DNA of 64,000 nt, taken from Daphnia carinata. Lineage: Eukaryota. Positions 13,101 to 25,700 of this stretch are shown here, piece after piece. The notes below the pieces were generated by a model. It saw only the letters and a program-made list of their open reading frames with translations, did not search any database and had not been told where the DNA came from. Every line of letters starts with the position of its first letter. The stretch's first letter is position 1. The position numbers and the translations under genes are program-made. The stretch is taken from positions 3,968,001 to 4,032,000 of the forward strand of contig NC_081332.1 in the NCBI RefSeq assembly GCF_022539665.2, in the 5' to 3' direction.

Positions 13101-14651
13101 CACAGTCCCACAATCCCCTACCGGCGGAACGGATGGCGGACCTCCGCCTTTGCCGAAGAGAACAGCCTCCCTTCCACACAGTCCAGCAGCCACCAGACAA
13201 CGTCGCACCTTTGGATTACCTACTGAATCTGTTAAATCGTCCGCCAATAAACGGAATCCTCCGCTGAGTGGGTTGGTCAATAAAACTTCATTTGGTTACA
13301 CGATGCGCAAAACGGTTAGTTTCGGCGAACACTTGAGCGGTGGTTTCTTGAAAATGGCCAGCCAGAGAAGACCACTTTCATTATCTCACTGGTCGGGCGG
13401 TGGATCGCTTGATATGGACTCACCGACGGATGAAGATCTAGCCGTTAACTTGGAACAAAAACAAGGTATTGTTATGAAAGTAATGAATTACATGTTTGTG
13501 CTAACATTTTTTTCCTATAAATTCGATAGAACTCGTAAAAGCCGTTTCGGTAGCCTGCTCTCAGTTATGCAAATTAATGAGTCAACCAATGAACACAAAT
13601 GACGAGGATAGTTGTGTCAATCACTCCAAGTCAGTAGCCAGGTGTCTGACTAGTCAACTCAGTCCGGCTATCTACCAAATATTATCGGATGGCCTTCTAT
13701 CCAACGTCAATACTTTCTTTGGTCAAGTGAACAATTCTGTTTGGAGAGTGGTTGAAGCTTCCGTTAAAAAAGGTACTCTCTTTTCTCCACAAGCAAGTGA
13801 TTTAAAACTTTAAAATAATTATTGATCTAGGCCCTGGATTGCCATGGATCGAAGAATTGGTTTTTTGTTTAAATAGTGAAGAGAGTCTACCTGAAGGACC
13901 GGTTAGGTTCGGCGTTTTCATCACCGAACTTGTCAAGTAAGAAAAAAAAAATGGTAACATTTGTTAGAATTTATGTAATCGAATGACCTATTTTTTCCGT
14001 AGCATGGGAGGTTTGGACTGGTGGCTGGACAATTTATCAGCCAAGGAAACGATTTTACGGCGCCATTACGCCCCGCACGGCTTCCTCTATTTGTGTCACA
14101 CATCTACCCGACCGCTAATGGACGAAATGCAGAGCTACCTGCGACCGTTGGCTGCGTTGCCATTTGATAATAGCCTACCATTACCGCCCCCCAAGAAGCC
14201 AATTAGCCCAATTAACAAGCCAACAAATACTCACGTGGGTACGTCAAGCCCGGCGAAGCCAACGACACCGACAAAAACCATTTTGAAGTCTCCGACACGG
14301 TCTAAAACCCAACGGCCCCTGTCGTACGTGCAAAACAGTCCCAGCAAGACAAGCCCGAAACCCCAATACCGGCGCACTCAGTCGCAACATTCTGGCCTCT
14401 CGCCAAAAAAGTCAAATGTCGCACAGCAACAGGAGAACAACAAGACGGAGACGAAGGTTGAAGAATTCTCGTCGCTAAAACAAAAATGGGAATCCTTGTG
14501 CGGTGATAGACCGAAAAAACCGAATGAAACCTCAACCGGTGGTAACAAGAGCAATGCTGCCGCCATTCCAGCTCCGGTTACGGCAACCGCTGGTGAAACG
14601 AGTCCTCTGAAATCAAGGATTCCGCGACCGGTATTCCGGTTTAGCAAGTAA
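7105..14651 (+). CDS. RUN-domain protein, RUSC1/RUSC2 (iporin)-like, with a long disordered N-terminus and no evident SH3
   Basis: Approximate exons 7105-7183, 10564-11007, 11328-11616, 11696-13466, 13530-13772, 13831-13936 and 14003-14651 join in frame. RUN motifs: ELVKAVS, LSPAIYQILSDGL, WRVVEAS, LDWWL...RRHY. The first exon is uncertain. Confidence 0.75.
11079..11109. repeat. (GT)n microsatellite, intronic
   Basis: gtgtgtgtgtgcgtgtgtgtgtgtgtgtgtg. Confidence 0.9.
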
Positions 14652-15550
14652 GAAAAATTATTTGATCCCTTTTTTTTTTCCTTCTCTTCTTGCCTCACTC
14701 TTGTTCTCTCTTTCACCCCTTTGCTCGGTGTGACAATTAATGTTTCACAAAGAAACCTATACGTCTTACGGCATAAATTATATACATATATACGATATGA
14801 TTTGATACAAAAATGGTTTGCTTTGATTCGTTCTCAAGCCAACATCTTCCAGTTAACACAGCCTCTTCAAAACAAAGAGGGGAAAAATTATTATAATTTT
14901 TTTTTTCGATCGTAGAATTGCAAAAACTCAGTTTTCATGACTTATAATCAAGCTGGCCGGTTAATGGTAGACGGTCCTGAATCGCGGTATACATTGTTCC
15001 TGTTTTCACGGCCGAGTTGTGTGTGTATTATTGCTTGTTCGCTTCATGTTCAACAAAAGCAATGAGTGACTATGAGGCACATCGTATCTTTCTGCTAGTC
15101 GTTTATTCAAATATGACGGTTGATTCTTAGTGCCGTTTATCTTTTTGGAAACAATTGCCATTCACATTCGATATCGGCCAGTACATGACACGCCGATATG
15201 TATTATTAATAACATATTCTCAGTGTACACTTCAATACATACATGACAAAAAATGTAAACGCTGTAATTATAGTATCAAACATACCTAAATTCTCGTAAA
15301 ATTTAGCATTTTACTTTTTGAAGAAAACACAATGACGCTGTAAAAAAAAAGAATGTGTATTTTGAATAGGAAATTGTGCGTAAAGTGCGCTGACTTATCA
15401 CAAAACAATAAGCAGAAAGAATGGCAAAGTGCAGATCAAGATCAATTCCTGACTTACATAGTTGAATATATACATATCGTTTGTCAAGCCATAGGAAAGT
15501 GTTACATTTTGGTTCACAAGAATATCTCGTTGAGGAAGAGAGCAGAGATT

Positions 15551-17194
15551 CTACACTTCAGGTTGGGCTTCCTGTTGAATAATGTCAAGTCGGCCCATTC
15601 GAGCGGGACTAGTACGAGGAGAAGGAACGCCATTGACAATAGGAGGTTGAACATCACTTAAGCACAAAGTGGTCCCATTTTTACTACAGATGCCAACGTT
15701 TGGCAGTAACAAGTTGGGATGGAGACTCTTATAATAGAAGCCAAGCAGTGCGATACTCAAAGCAAAAGATCCAAACTGTCCGACAAGCGCCGGATAATGA
15801 AACCACGGACGGGTTGGACCGTAATCAGCCACCTTTAGCCACCATAGTACCATAAGGGTGGTATTCTCAAAGAAACAAACCTGTCAAATATCGAAATGGA
15901 TAAGATATGAAGTTCTTAATTCAAAGTGAAACACTTACGATATAATAGAAGGCATAGCGGAATCTTGTTCGATCGGGTTTAACGTTGAAGAACGTGAAAA
16001 CATGTATAATGGCCAAAATAAGGCAAAAGAAAAATTCTTCTGTACGGGTTGAACACGCGGCCGTTCGTTGTAACCATAGCCAAATGGCCATTAAGATCCA
16101 ATGGCCAAGGCAAACAGCCCAAACGAACCATCCATATTCGGAGGCAAAGAAGCTAAGGGCGATGACGCGAGCAACTAAATAAATGTTTAATAATAAACAT
16201 TTATTTTTAGGCAAAGAAATTTTTTATTAGCGCTAAAACTTACTGATCCCGAAAAGGTGAGCAAAGAAGAGAATGCAGGTACCAAGTAAATGAATGTTTT
16301 CCTTATCTACTTGAGCGAAACGGAGCGATCTGTTATAGGTTGTTAATGCCCATGCGAGGCTAATAACTGAGGTGACAACAGAGGCAGCCTGGAAAGTCAC
16401 TACAGAAAAATATGTTTACATATTGGACAACAAGCTCGATATGAAATAATTACCTGCTAAAGGATCAGTTCCAAAATCGAGTTTGGTTTTTGCTATTATG
16501 TACAACTGTAACACAAGCTGTGGTGCAGATTCCATGAAACATTCAAACAGTCGTAGGAATGTAGCATCAGCATCTTCATAAGCCATTCTGGCATAGCACT
16601 GGCCCATCTTTCTGTAGTCTTTCCTTTTCTTTGCTCTTCGGCTTTGCAGTCCATAGCGAAGGGTATCAACATACCTGAGGAGGAGAAATATGGTTACATT
16701 TGTTCTCTACGTGCAAAGGCTAGTACTAGTGAATACAGGTACCTAGCAACTGGAGAAAGGAAAAAGATTAGGCAAAAAATCCTAAATGCCCAAATGCACT
16801 TTGAAACTGGAGGAAAATTTTGGTTGTTCTGATCTTTGATGTACCACTTGGTACTCAAGCCAGACATGGTAAAGGCAGGGATGGCCACAAACGCCAATGT
16901 AAATCCAAAATACCAATAATGCCCCATATTAAAATATGTGGCTGCCATAAATCCATCAGTGATAAGGTCAGCGACATAGCTGCATATCGAAACAACGATA
17001 CAAACGACATCAAGCCAGTTGAAATTTGCCTTTCCTCGTAGGCCATCCACTTCGTCAAACTCTAAATGACTTGATTCCACTAAAGACTTCTCTTGACATT
17101 TGTCTTTCTCATTCTCAGAAGATATACGTTCGTGGCATGCCCTTGGTAACAGTTTGCTTGGTGAGGATACTATGCTACCAGTGATGTTATCCAT
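15551..17194 (-). CDS. XK-related protein (XKR4/6/7-like, CED-8 family phospholipid scramblase), 5 exons
   Basis: YVADLITD; DATFLRLFECFMESAPQLVLQLYI; SVISLAW; ARVIALSFFAS; FENT; YYKSLHP. Confidence 0.92.
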
Positions 17195-17498
17195 TTCTTG
17201 GGCTCGTTTCTATGGAATCACTTTTGATGGATGTTCAAACGCGAGCCGTTGAAGCACGCACACCTGCGTGCTGACTGTAATTTGAAAACGTTTTTTGTGC
17301 CGTCTGCCGACCGCAATAACAGGTAAGATTATTTGTAGGTGGCAGTGAAGTCGGTGGGAGGCTAGTAGCGATTCTACATCAATCCGGTAGAGGCGCTGAT
17401 AACAACTATGAAATATCTGGCAGCCCTGGCAGACGATAATAGCAGGCGGTATTCACGGGGCCGGGGTAGTGCCACGTTCTTTCGCTATAGAATTGCTG
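17195..17498. promoter_or_regulatory. Compact bidirectional promoter between XKR and GARS
   Basis: Divergent start codons are about 300 bp apart. CTCF-like GTAGGTGGCAGT (17335) and CCGGTAGAGGCGCT (17384). Confidence 0.5.
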
Positions 17499-20323
17499 AT
17501 GAAATTCGCCTTTGTTGTTAAGACTGTTGCCTCCGTAGTCTTAAGTAGAAAGTTAGTTTGCAATCATTCTTGCCCAGGCAAGGCAGTACCGTTCCTAATA
17601 ACACGGAACCTTCAAGTTCTCTCCTCTTTGAGATCTCAACCAGAAGCACCCGCTTGGGGTTCTAAAAAACATAAAAACAAGCAGAAAATCAAGATTCAAT
17701 TCATTAACATAATGGCTGATCCAAAGATTGAAGAAATTTTAGCACCTTTCCGTGCCGCTGTCAAAGAACAGGTAACTTTCGTTCGTTCCACCATGTAGCT
17801 TTAAAAATGCTCATATTTGTGTTGAGCTCTTTGAAAGTCGTAATTTATTTTGTGATGTAACTTGTTTTAGGGTGATAAGGTTCGCCAATTGAAAGAATCA
17901 GGTGCTCTGGAGATTGATTTGAAAAAAGCTGTTGCTGAACTGAAAGCTCGAAAGAAGATTCTGGAAGACAAGGAGTTGGAACTAACTCCTGTAGAGGCAT
18001 CCTTTGATCGTGCTAAAATGGAAGATTTGCTAAAGCGGAGATTCTTTTTCGATCAATCTTTTGCCATTTATGGAGGTATAACTGGTCAGTTTGATTTTGG
18101 CCCTATGGGATGTGCCATGAAAGCCAACATGCTCAGCACATGGAGAAGTTTCTTTATCCTTGAAGAGCAAATGCTTGAAGTTGATTGTTCAATCCTGACA
18201 CCGGAACCTGTGCTTAAGTAAGTTGTTGGTAAAGCCTGTTGGGTTGTATCTTTTTATATCCGTGTCAATTACTAGAGCTTCTGGTCACGTTGATCGTTTT
18301 GCTGACCTGATGGTGAAGGACGACAAAAACGGGGAATGTTTCCGACTTGATCATTTGATCAAAGCCCATTTGGAGAAGGTCAAGTCTGACAAAAAGACAA
18401 CCGCCGAAGTAAAAGTGGAGTGCGAAGATATTGTGATCAAGCTTGACGGCATGAACAAAGAAGAGATGCGTGTCATTCTCAGGAAATTCGAGATGAAAGC
18501 ACCATTGACCAACAACGAATTGAGCGATCCCATGGAATTCAACCTGATGTTCAGCACTTCCATTGGTCCCACTGGCCTTGTTAAAGGCTACCTGCGACCT
18601 GAAACTGCCCAGGGTATCTTTGTCAACTTTAAGCGTCTTTTGGAATTCAATCAGGTATGATTCTTATCTTCTTTCGCAACGAATATTTTTCGAATGAAAG
18701 TGTTATTTTGATTAGGGGAAACTCCCCTTTGCAGCGGCCCAGATTGGTAACTCATTTCGCAATGAAATTTCTCCTCGTTCTGGTTTGATCCGCGTACGCG
18801 AGTTCACGATGGCAGAAATTGAACATTTCTGTGATCCGTCCGATAAGTCTCATCCTAAATTTGATGAAGTTCGACATGTGCAAGTAAGATGCTGATTCAT
18901 GGCTATGCATAAGAAAGTCTTTAATGCCAAATGGAATCCATAGGTTCTATTGTATTCTGCCTGCAACCAAATGGATGGCAAAGCAGCTGAACTTGTCACC
19001 ATTGGCAAAGCGGTTGATGAGCGAATTATCGCCAATGAGACTTTGGCTTATTTCATGGCCCGCATCCAACAATATATGACCAAGGTCGGAGTTGACCCGA
19101 AGAAGCTTCGATTCCGTCAACACATGAACAACGAAATGGCTCACTATGCATGCGATTGCTGGGATGCCGAATGTCTCACTTCCTACGTAAGTGGGTTTCA
19201 ATTAATTACTGAAAGGGTAAATTTTAATTTTAAAACTATACTTTAAAAGGGATGGGTGGAGTGTGTCGGCTGTGCCGATCGATCTGCCTACGATTTGTCC
19301 CAGCACACGAAGTCTACTGGTGTTCGTCTAGTGGCAGAAAAGAAATTGCCGGAGCCTAAGACAATTGACGTCGTTGAGGTTGTAGCAGTGAAGGGTGCTG
19401 TTGGCAAATCGTTCAAAAAAGAGGCCAAAGAGATTATGGAAGCTCTTTCTAAGCTGGAGCCAGCAACCGTTGCTGAGGTTGAAGAATCTTTGAAAACGAA
19501 CGGAAAATATTTACTCGAGATCGGCACCAATTCATACAGTTTAACGACTGACATGCTGGAAGTCAAACGATACCAGAAGACTACTTACGTCGAAGAATAT
19601 GTTCCGAATGTTATTGAGCCTTCATTTGGTATCGGTCGCATCATGTATGCTATCTTTGAGCATAATTTTAAAGTTCGAAGCGATGATGGGCAACGCACGG
19701 TTAGTACAATTCTCCCGGATTAAAGGCCATGTTCGCAAGAAATTTCTAACCTTTCTTCCTTTGTGATTTGAATGGTGTTTCTTAGTATTTCTCGCTACCT
19801 CCGGTGATTGCCCCATTGAAATGCTCGGTACTTCCGTTGAGCAACAATGCGGATTTCGTTCCTTACATCCGTCAACTGTGTAAGTAGTTTCCCATAACAT
19901 GCGAGGCGCTTTCAATATTATTTCACACGATTTCTCTTTTTTTTCTAGCTCGTGACCTCACGATTGCTGACGTGTCTTACCGAGTTGACGACTCGAGCGG
20001 ATCTATTGGACGCCGTTATGCCCGCACGGATGAAATCGCCATCCCGTTCGGTATCACCATTGATTTTGATTCTCTCAAAGAGCCCCACAGTGCAACTCTC
20101 CGTGAACGTGACTCAATGGGTCAAGTTCGTATTCCGGTAATAAATATGACATCATTTGAAAAGAATGAAAGTTTCAAAAGTAAACAAAACATTTCCATTG
20201 GTTTTACCCCAATAGCTGAAGGAGATTGCCGGCGTTGTCAGGGATCTAACGTACGGCAAAACCACTTGGACGGATGTTGAAGCCAAATACCCGAAATTCG
20301 AACAACAGGAAACTAAATCGTGA
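17499..20323 (+). CDS. GARS1: Glycyl-tRNA synthetase with WHEP domain, 9 exons; in-frame ATGs at 17499 and 17712
   Basis: [92 protein letters not shown]; ends KFEQQETKS*. Confidence 0.98.
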
Positions 20324-22578
20324 ACGGGTTAAAGCCTTGGATCCTCCCCAATTGGGTGAGGCGAATGCTTCCGGGCATAACCGTTTTTCTTTTGCACACG
20401 ATGTGTAATAGCATTGGTGTCGGGTACACACACCCCAGTGGCTTTCTGAAAGTAAATCTTGTCCAGTTACTCTTTAATTCATTTTTGGTTTTTTACACGT
20501 TTTTTTTATTTATTTATTTTTCTCACACTGGCGTATGTAACAGAATACGCTGCATTTTTATGTCACGCAACATCACCGTTTTATACTGTAACGCCTTCGG
20601 CCGGCTGCGGCCCCTGTAGAATTGTCGCCGTATTACCTATTCCGATGCAAAACAGCGTGTCGGAAGGAAAACGAAAAAGAAAGGAGTCGAGTTAAGGACC
20701 CTACAAGAAGTGTCGTGTGCTGCTGCCATCTAGAGTATAATTAAGTAAGTATCGATATTGTAAACAGTCACGCTGACACGTCGCTCGTTTCAACCTACTG
20801 CCGATTATACGAATACTTAGCAAGCGGGCGGAAACTCGTGTACGGGAGTGGAATGAGGGTGGGGTTTTTCGTCTTTTAACATAAAGATATTACGTGTTTT
20901 ACTATTGATATTTTTTAAAAGTCAGTTTTATAGCATTTTTTCGTTTTCGTAATGCTTCCGGCTCGTTAAGTTTACGTCATGACATAACTTTGATAGGTGA
21001 TCATTAACCAACCGTTTCCTTTGGGCCTTGTTGAATTCATCCCGTTAAAATAGTTTTGTTGTGCCATCGATCGTTCTACGGAGAAGCAGTATTTTTCTTT
21101 TATCACATCAAACAAAAGGAATCAGTTTTTTCAAAAAGAAAAAATTTCAGCTCACGAGAAAAAAAAAGGAATTTTGTGTGCCGTACGTTCGTGACACGAA
21201 TTTAATCTGCTAGAACTGTAATAAGATTAAAGGGTCTTTTCAATTCTTTGTTATCGTCTTCCTGACGTCAGTCGTCGTAAATAACGGAAACGTAGCAAAA
21301 CAGAAACCGACGCCCTAACAGAGGAAGTGGAGCCGGCGAGAAAGGTGTGGCCGTAAATGCGCGATAGACAACCAAACACGGTCACAAAATGAAAAGAAAG
21401 AAACACTTGAGTTGCCAAAAGCTCCATGTTTATGTCTAACGGGCAATAGCAAGAATTATAAAGAGTAAGCAGACGACGCAAACCGCTGGTCGTTTTCTTT
21501 CCTTCAGTCACTAAGACAAATGTTAATAGCTAATAGGTAACCGTCCAACTGCTGCTTTTTCTTTGAAGGAAGTGACAAATATTGAGGTAGGAAAAACGAA
21601 ACAAAAATTGTGAAACCATGAGCATATTAGCTAGACGACCGTGGGGTTCTTCCCGGCTCTTTTTGGTATAAGTGCAAGTGGAATTTAAGGTTTTCATCCG
21701 CCTAGAGCGATCTGAGCTCTGGTCTTTTTGGGGTTTAAGTCACCGCCTTCACACGAGACGAAAGTGCTTAGGCAACTGGAACGCTATCTCCTCGTGGAAC
21801 TCGAACCTAATGTTGTTGCCTAAACCTATTTTCAAGTTCCCTCCCCAAGTCCCAACCTTCAGCCTCACCTGAAATCATCATACTCGGCAACATCGCAGCT
21901 CTGAAATTTCCACACGTAGATGCACAGCATACACTGCAGCACGTACAAAAAAAAAAGAAAAAGTTTTCGAGGGTTGGGCCCATTGAATATTTAATTCCGT
22001 CAAAAGTCCTGCCATTTTGTTCAGTTTCCTTTCCGTACTATCTTAGTGGAACAAACGCAGTGGGAGGATGGTGACTAATACAACCGGAATTGTGTACGAT
22101 GGGTGACAGCATTCACCGATGCTTGCGTTTTTTGAATAACCGACAGAAACATACAAACTTTGACGTTTCGTGCCCTACAGAAGAAAAAAAAAAAACTCCT
22201 CCCGGACTGGGGTTTAGTGCAGCGTGTCGTGTGCCATAGTCAGTCGGCTGCTAGCTTCTGCATCGAAAGGTTGTGTCGTTGTTCGTGTGGCTTCTGTGCT
22301 TCACAACAACAGACACACATTTTGCCACTTGTGTCTGTTTTGCCTTTTTTTTTTTTTTTTTTTTATTTCTTTTTCAACAATATCTTTTCCTTTGAAAGGA
22401 TAAAACGACAACACCTGAAATAGGCTAGTGTATCTGTGTTGAAGCGAAAGCTCTCTTCATTCACGGTTTATTCACGATTGTGGACAACAACGGCGACGTG
22501 AAAGTATAGTTATCTCTTCTCGTGGCCGGCTTTTGGCGAACCGCGATATCCTATATGACTGAGTGAAGACAAACTGCA

Positions 22579-22596
22579 CAGAGAGAGAGAGAGAGA
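22579..22596. repeat. (AG)n microsatellite upstream of the myosin ATG
   Basis: agagagagagagagaga. Confidence 0.85.
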
Positions 22597-22716
22597 AAGA
22601 CTACGAAAGAAAAAGAAAAGGAGAGAAAGCCGCTGAAAAGGTTTACTCATTGTTGTTACGTGTGTGCGTGAGTCTGCGTGGGGGGAGACTGCCTTGTGCT
22701 AGTGCGTGTGCTCACC

Positions 22717-25700
22717 ATGATGAATCACGAAGAGATCGGTCGGGGAGACTTTGTTCTGCTCGACGAAATCTCGACGGAAAGTTTCATCCACAATCTGCGA
22801 ATCAGGTGATATTTTTGTCGTGTTTACTAACAGCAATACGTTCAATGGTTTTTATATTCTTTTGCTGGACGTGAGATTCTTAGTGGAAGAATCTCTGTGG
22901 GGGCAAACGACCAAATAGCTAGCCGGGGGGCAATGTTTTAGATGTCATAAATTTTTGTGTAGTTAATGTGTGTTGTGTACTTGGGAAAAGGCGTAACAAA
23001 ATCGAGATTTCCGTGAGAATTTTTCTGGGATTCAATCGTTTAGGGTGAAAATCCCCAGTATGACTGACGTTGGCTTAAAGATGAAACCGTAGAGAATTTT
23101 TGTACGCTGGAAGAAAACTGAAAATTCCAACTCATAACAAACAAAAAAAAAAGACATGGCCCATAAGATTAATATACCGCTGCTGCCAACCCTGGGAGCA
23201 GTATATAATAAGATTTTGGCTTCTCTTCACACTCTCGCTCAGTATTGATGATTGGACCGCCTGTCTGTCCACAAGACTCAGGGAACGTAAAAAAATGTAT
23301 GACGTCTATTTTCTTATCAGGGGTGGCGAAATGTATTTACGTTTTATAGTGCTGTAGAAAGATAGCTCTTAATGATGGACAGCTTGTTCCCCTCTTATCT
23401 GCTAAATATAAGCTGTTTCTTATTTGCTTACTTGGTTTCAATCCCCATTCGTTTGCACGTTTTCACCTCTGGCCAGTAATTACAGAGTAAGCAGATGGCA
23501 TCTTAGTCTGTCATTTTGCATGGTCTATTACTCTACTTGAAAAGGGAAAAAAAAACTACGAAGGTTTTAAGTTAGTTAAAAAACCAAACGCACCAGGACC
23601 GATTGAGCATCTATCAGACATTTTCTATGCCTTGGATGAATAACGACCACTTGAAACGGCCATATGCCACATCGTGAATCAACACCGTTATCTAATCTTT
23701 TTCTATCTCGGCTTATTTTTTTTTTTTTTATTATTTTTTTTAAAGCTCTTGCTATTTTAGCCATTACAATGCCACTATAACCTCGTCAAGCATATCAGTA
23801 ATAAATTCTTTATTTTAATCTAATATATGTTGAACAATTAATAGATTTAATGGAGGTAAATTTTACACCTACATCGGCGAAGTATGCGTCTCAGTCAACC
23901 CGTATAGAACACTGAATATTTATGGACCGGATTATGTTAGCCAGTATAAAGGTAAAAAAAAAACGTTCAGTTTAACATCCTATATCGATAAAAACTAACG
24001 ATCGGAATGTTCATTGTTTCAACGTGTTTTTTATGACAGGTAGAGAAATCTTCGAACGACCGCCGCATATATTCGCCATCGGTGACGCGGCCTACAAGAC
24101 GATGAAGAGAAATGGCAAGGACACTTGCATCGTCATTAGCGGCGAGTCCGGCAGCGGTAAAACCGAGGCTTCGAAAATCATCATGCGTTACCTTGCGGCC
24201 GTAACGAACCTCAGCGGCCAGCAAGAAATCGAACGGTACGACCCGTCTACTTTTACATATTTCTTTTTAAAATGTCATAGAAAAAAGTCGATAGTCAGCA
24301 CCGCCGAATCGATCCAGTGGTAGGTAGAACATAAGGGAATTAAAGGAAGGTCCATAGCCTCTGCTATTCACGCCCTTTTTTAATCTACATGATTATTAAG
24401 CTACTAATCCAATGAAGTCCTTCAACGTCTCTGGGGCTGTACTCTCATCTTGTAGCTGAGCTTGGGATTCCAGTTTGCACTGCCCCGTAGTAGAAAATTG
24501 AATTTTGAACAAAACTTGGTTTGCAAGTGAAGTTGTGCATGTAAATTTGTCCGGTCGAGACTTTTATAGACATATTTTCTCCTTTCCTGTTTCAAAATAA
24601 GCACAGCTGTTTGCCAACACGCGTCCATGCATGTGTGACGTCACCAGCCAGGGTGCTCACGCTCAACCCCCTTTAGTCGGGAATTTTTTTTCTGGAAATA
24701 GATTCGATGCTGACATTTTTTTTTCTAGCATATTCAAAATTATCGTAGTAGCACAGTAGAGTTTGTTTTAGGGACTGGGATTTAAAGTAGCAACCGTTCC
24801 CTAGCGGCATATCCGTTCTGCTCTTGTAGGTTAAAGGTATGCGGGAGCCCATATGCGTCTAAATACGAGCTCTTTAAATTAAAATTAGGTTTTCCCTACT
24901 GTATTTATTTTTGTGTATTTTTCGGGTTTTGCGATAATTTTAAGTATGTCGCGGAAATTCGATCCAAACGATAGAAACACGGGGTCAGGATCCGGATACC
25001 TGAGACGGCATTTTTTTTGCCATCGGTTGGTAACATGAATTTGAACGTGACGGCGGTTACATGATTGGCTTCTCTGGTTGTACCTCCCTTCTCCACCCTA
25101 AATACTACACAGCTCCCTCCTGGTTTTCTCGTGAATTTCGGTGTCTGTGATAAAGGGAACGACGCTAACGTTAGAGCTCAATTCAAGCTACATGCCTTTT
25201 CGTTTCTGAAATTCGCGGAACAGTCATTCGAAGTGACGATGGCAAAAAAATAAATGATTATTCTTTCTTGTTCCGTTACAGAGTGAAAAATATCCTTCTT
25301 CAGTCTAATGCAATCCTGGAAACGTTCGGCAACGCCAAGACAAATCGCAATGACAATTCTTCCAGATTCGGCAAGTACATGGATATTCACTTTGACTTTA
25401 AAGGCGACCCCATCGGAGGCCACATTAACAACTATCTTCTGGAGAAGTCGCGTGTCATTGTTCAACAAGCCGGCGAACGCAATTTCCATTCGTTTTACCA
25501 GGTACCATTTACATCATGCATAATTGAGTGTATTTTATGTAGTCATTAGTGTGCTATCTCATTATGAAATTTCTCCGCAATTATTTGTTATTATTTTTGA
25601 AATCTATTTTCTTTTTTTTGTTGTTGTTTTGTTTGGCATTCCGCTCTTGGCGCACATCGTTAATCATCTCACGTATTTTCTCGTTTGTTTTGCTTTTTAT

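Noticed and set aside
11778..14716. Multiple overlapping alternate-frame and antisense ORFs within the RUN gene
   Set aside because: They are shadows of a long GC-rich coding exon.
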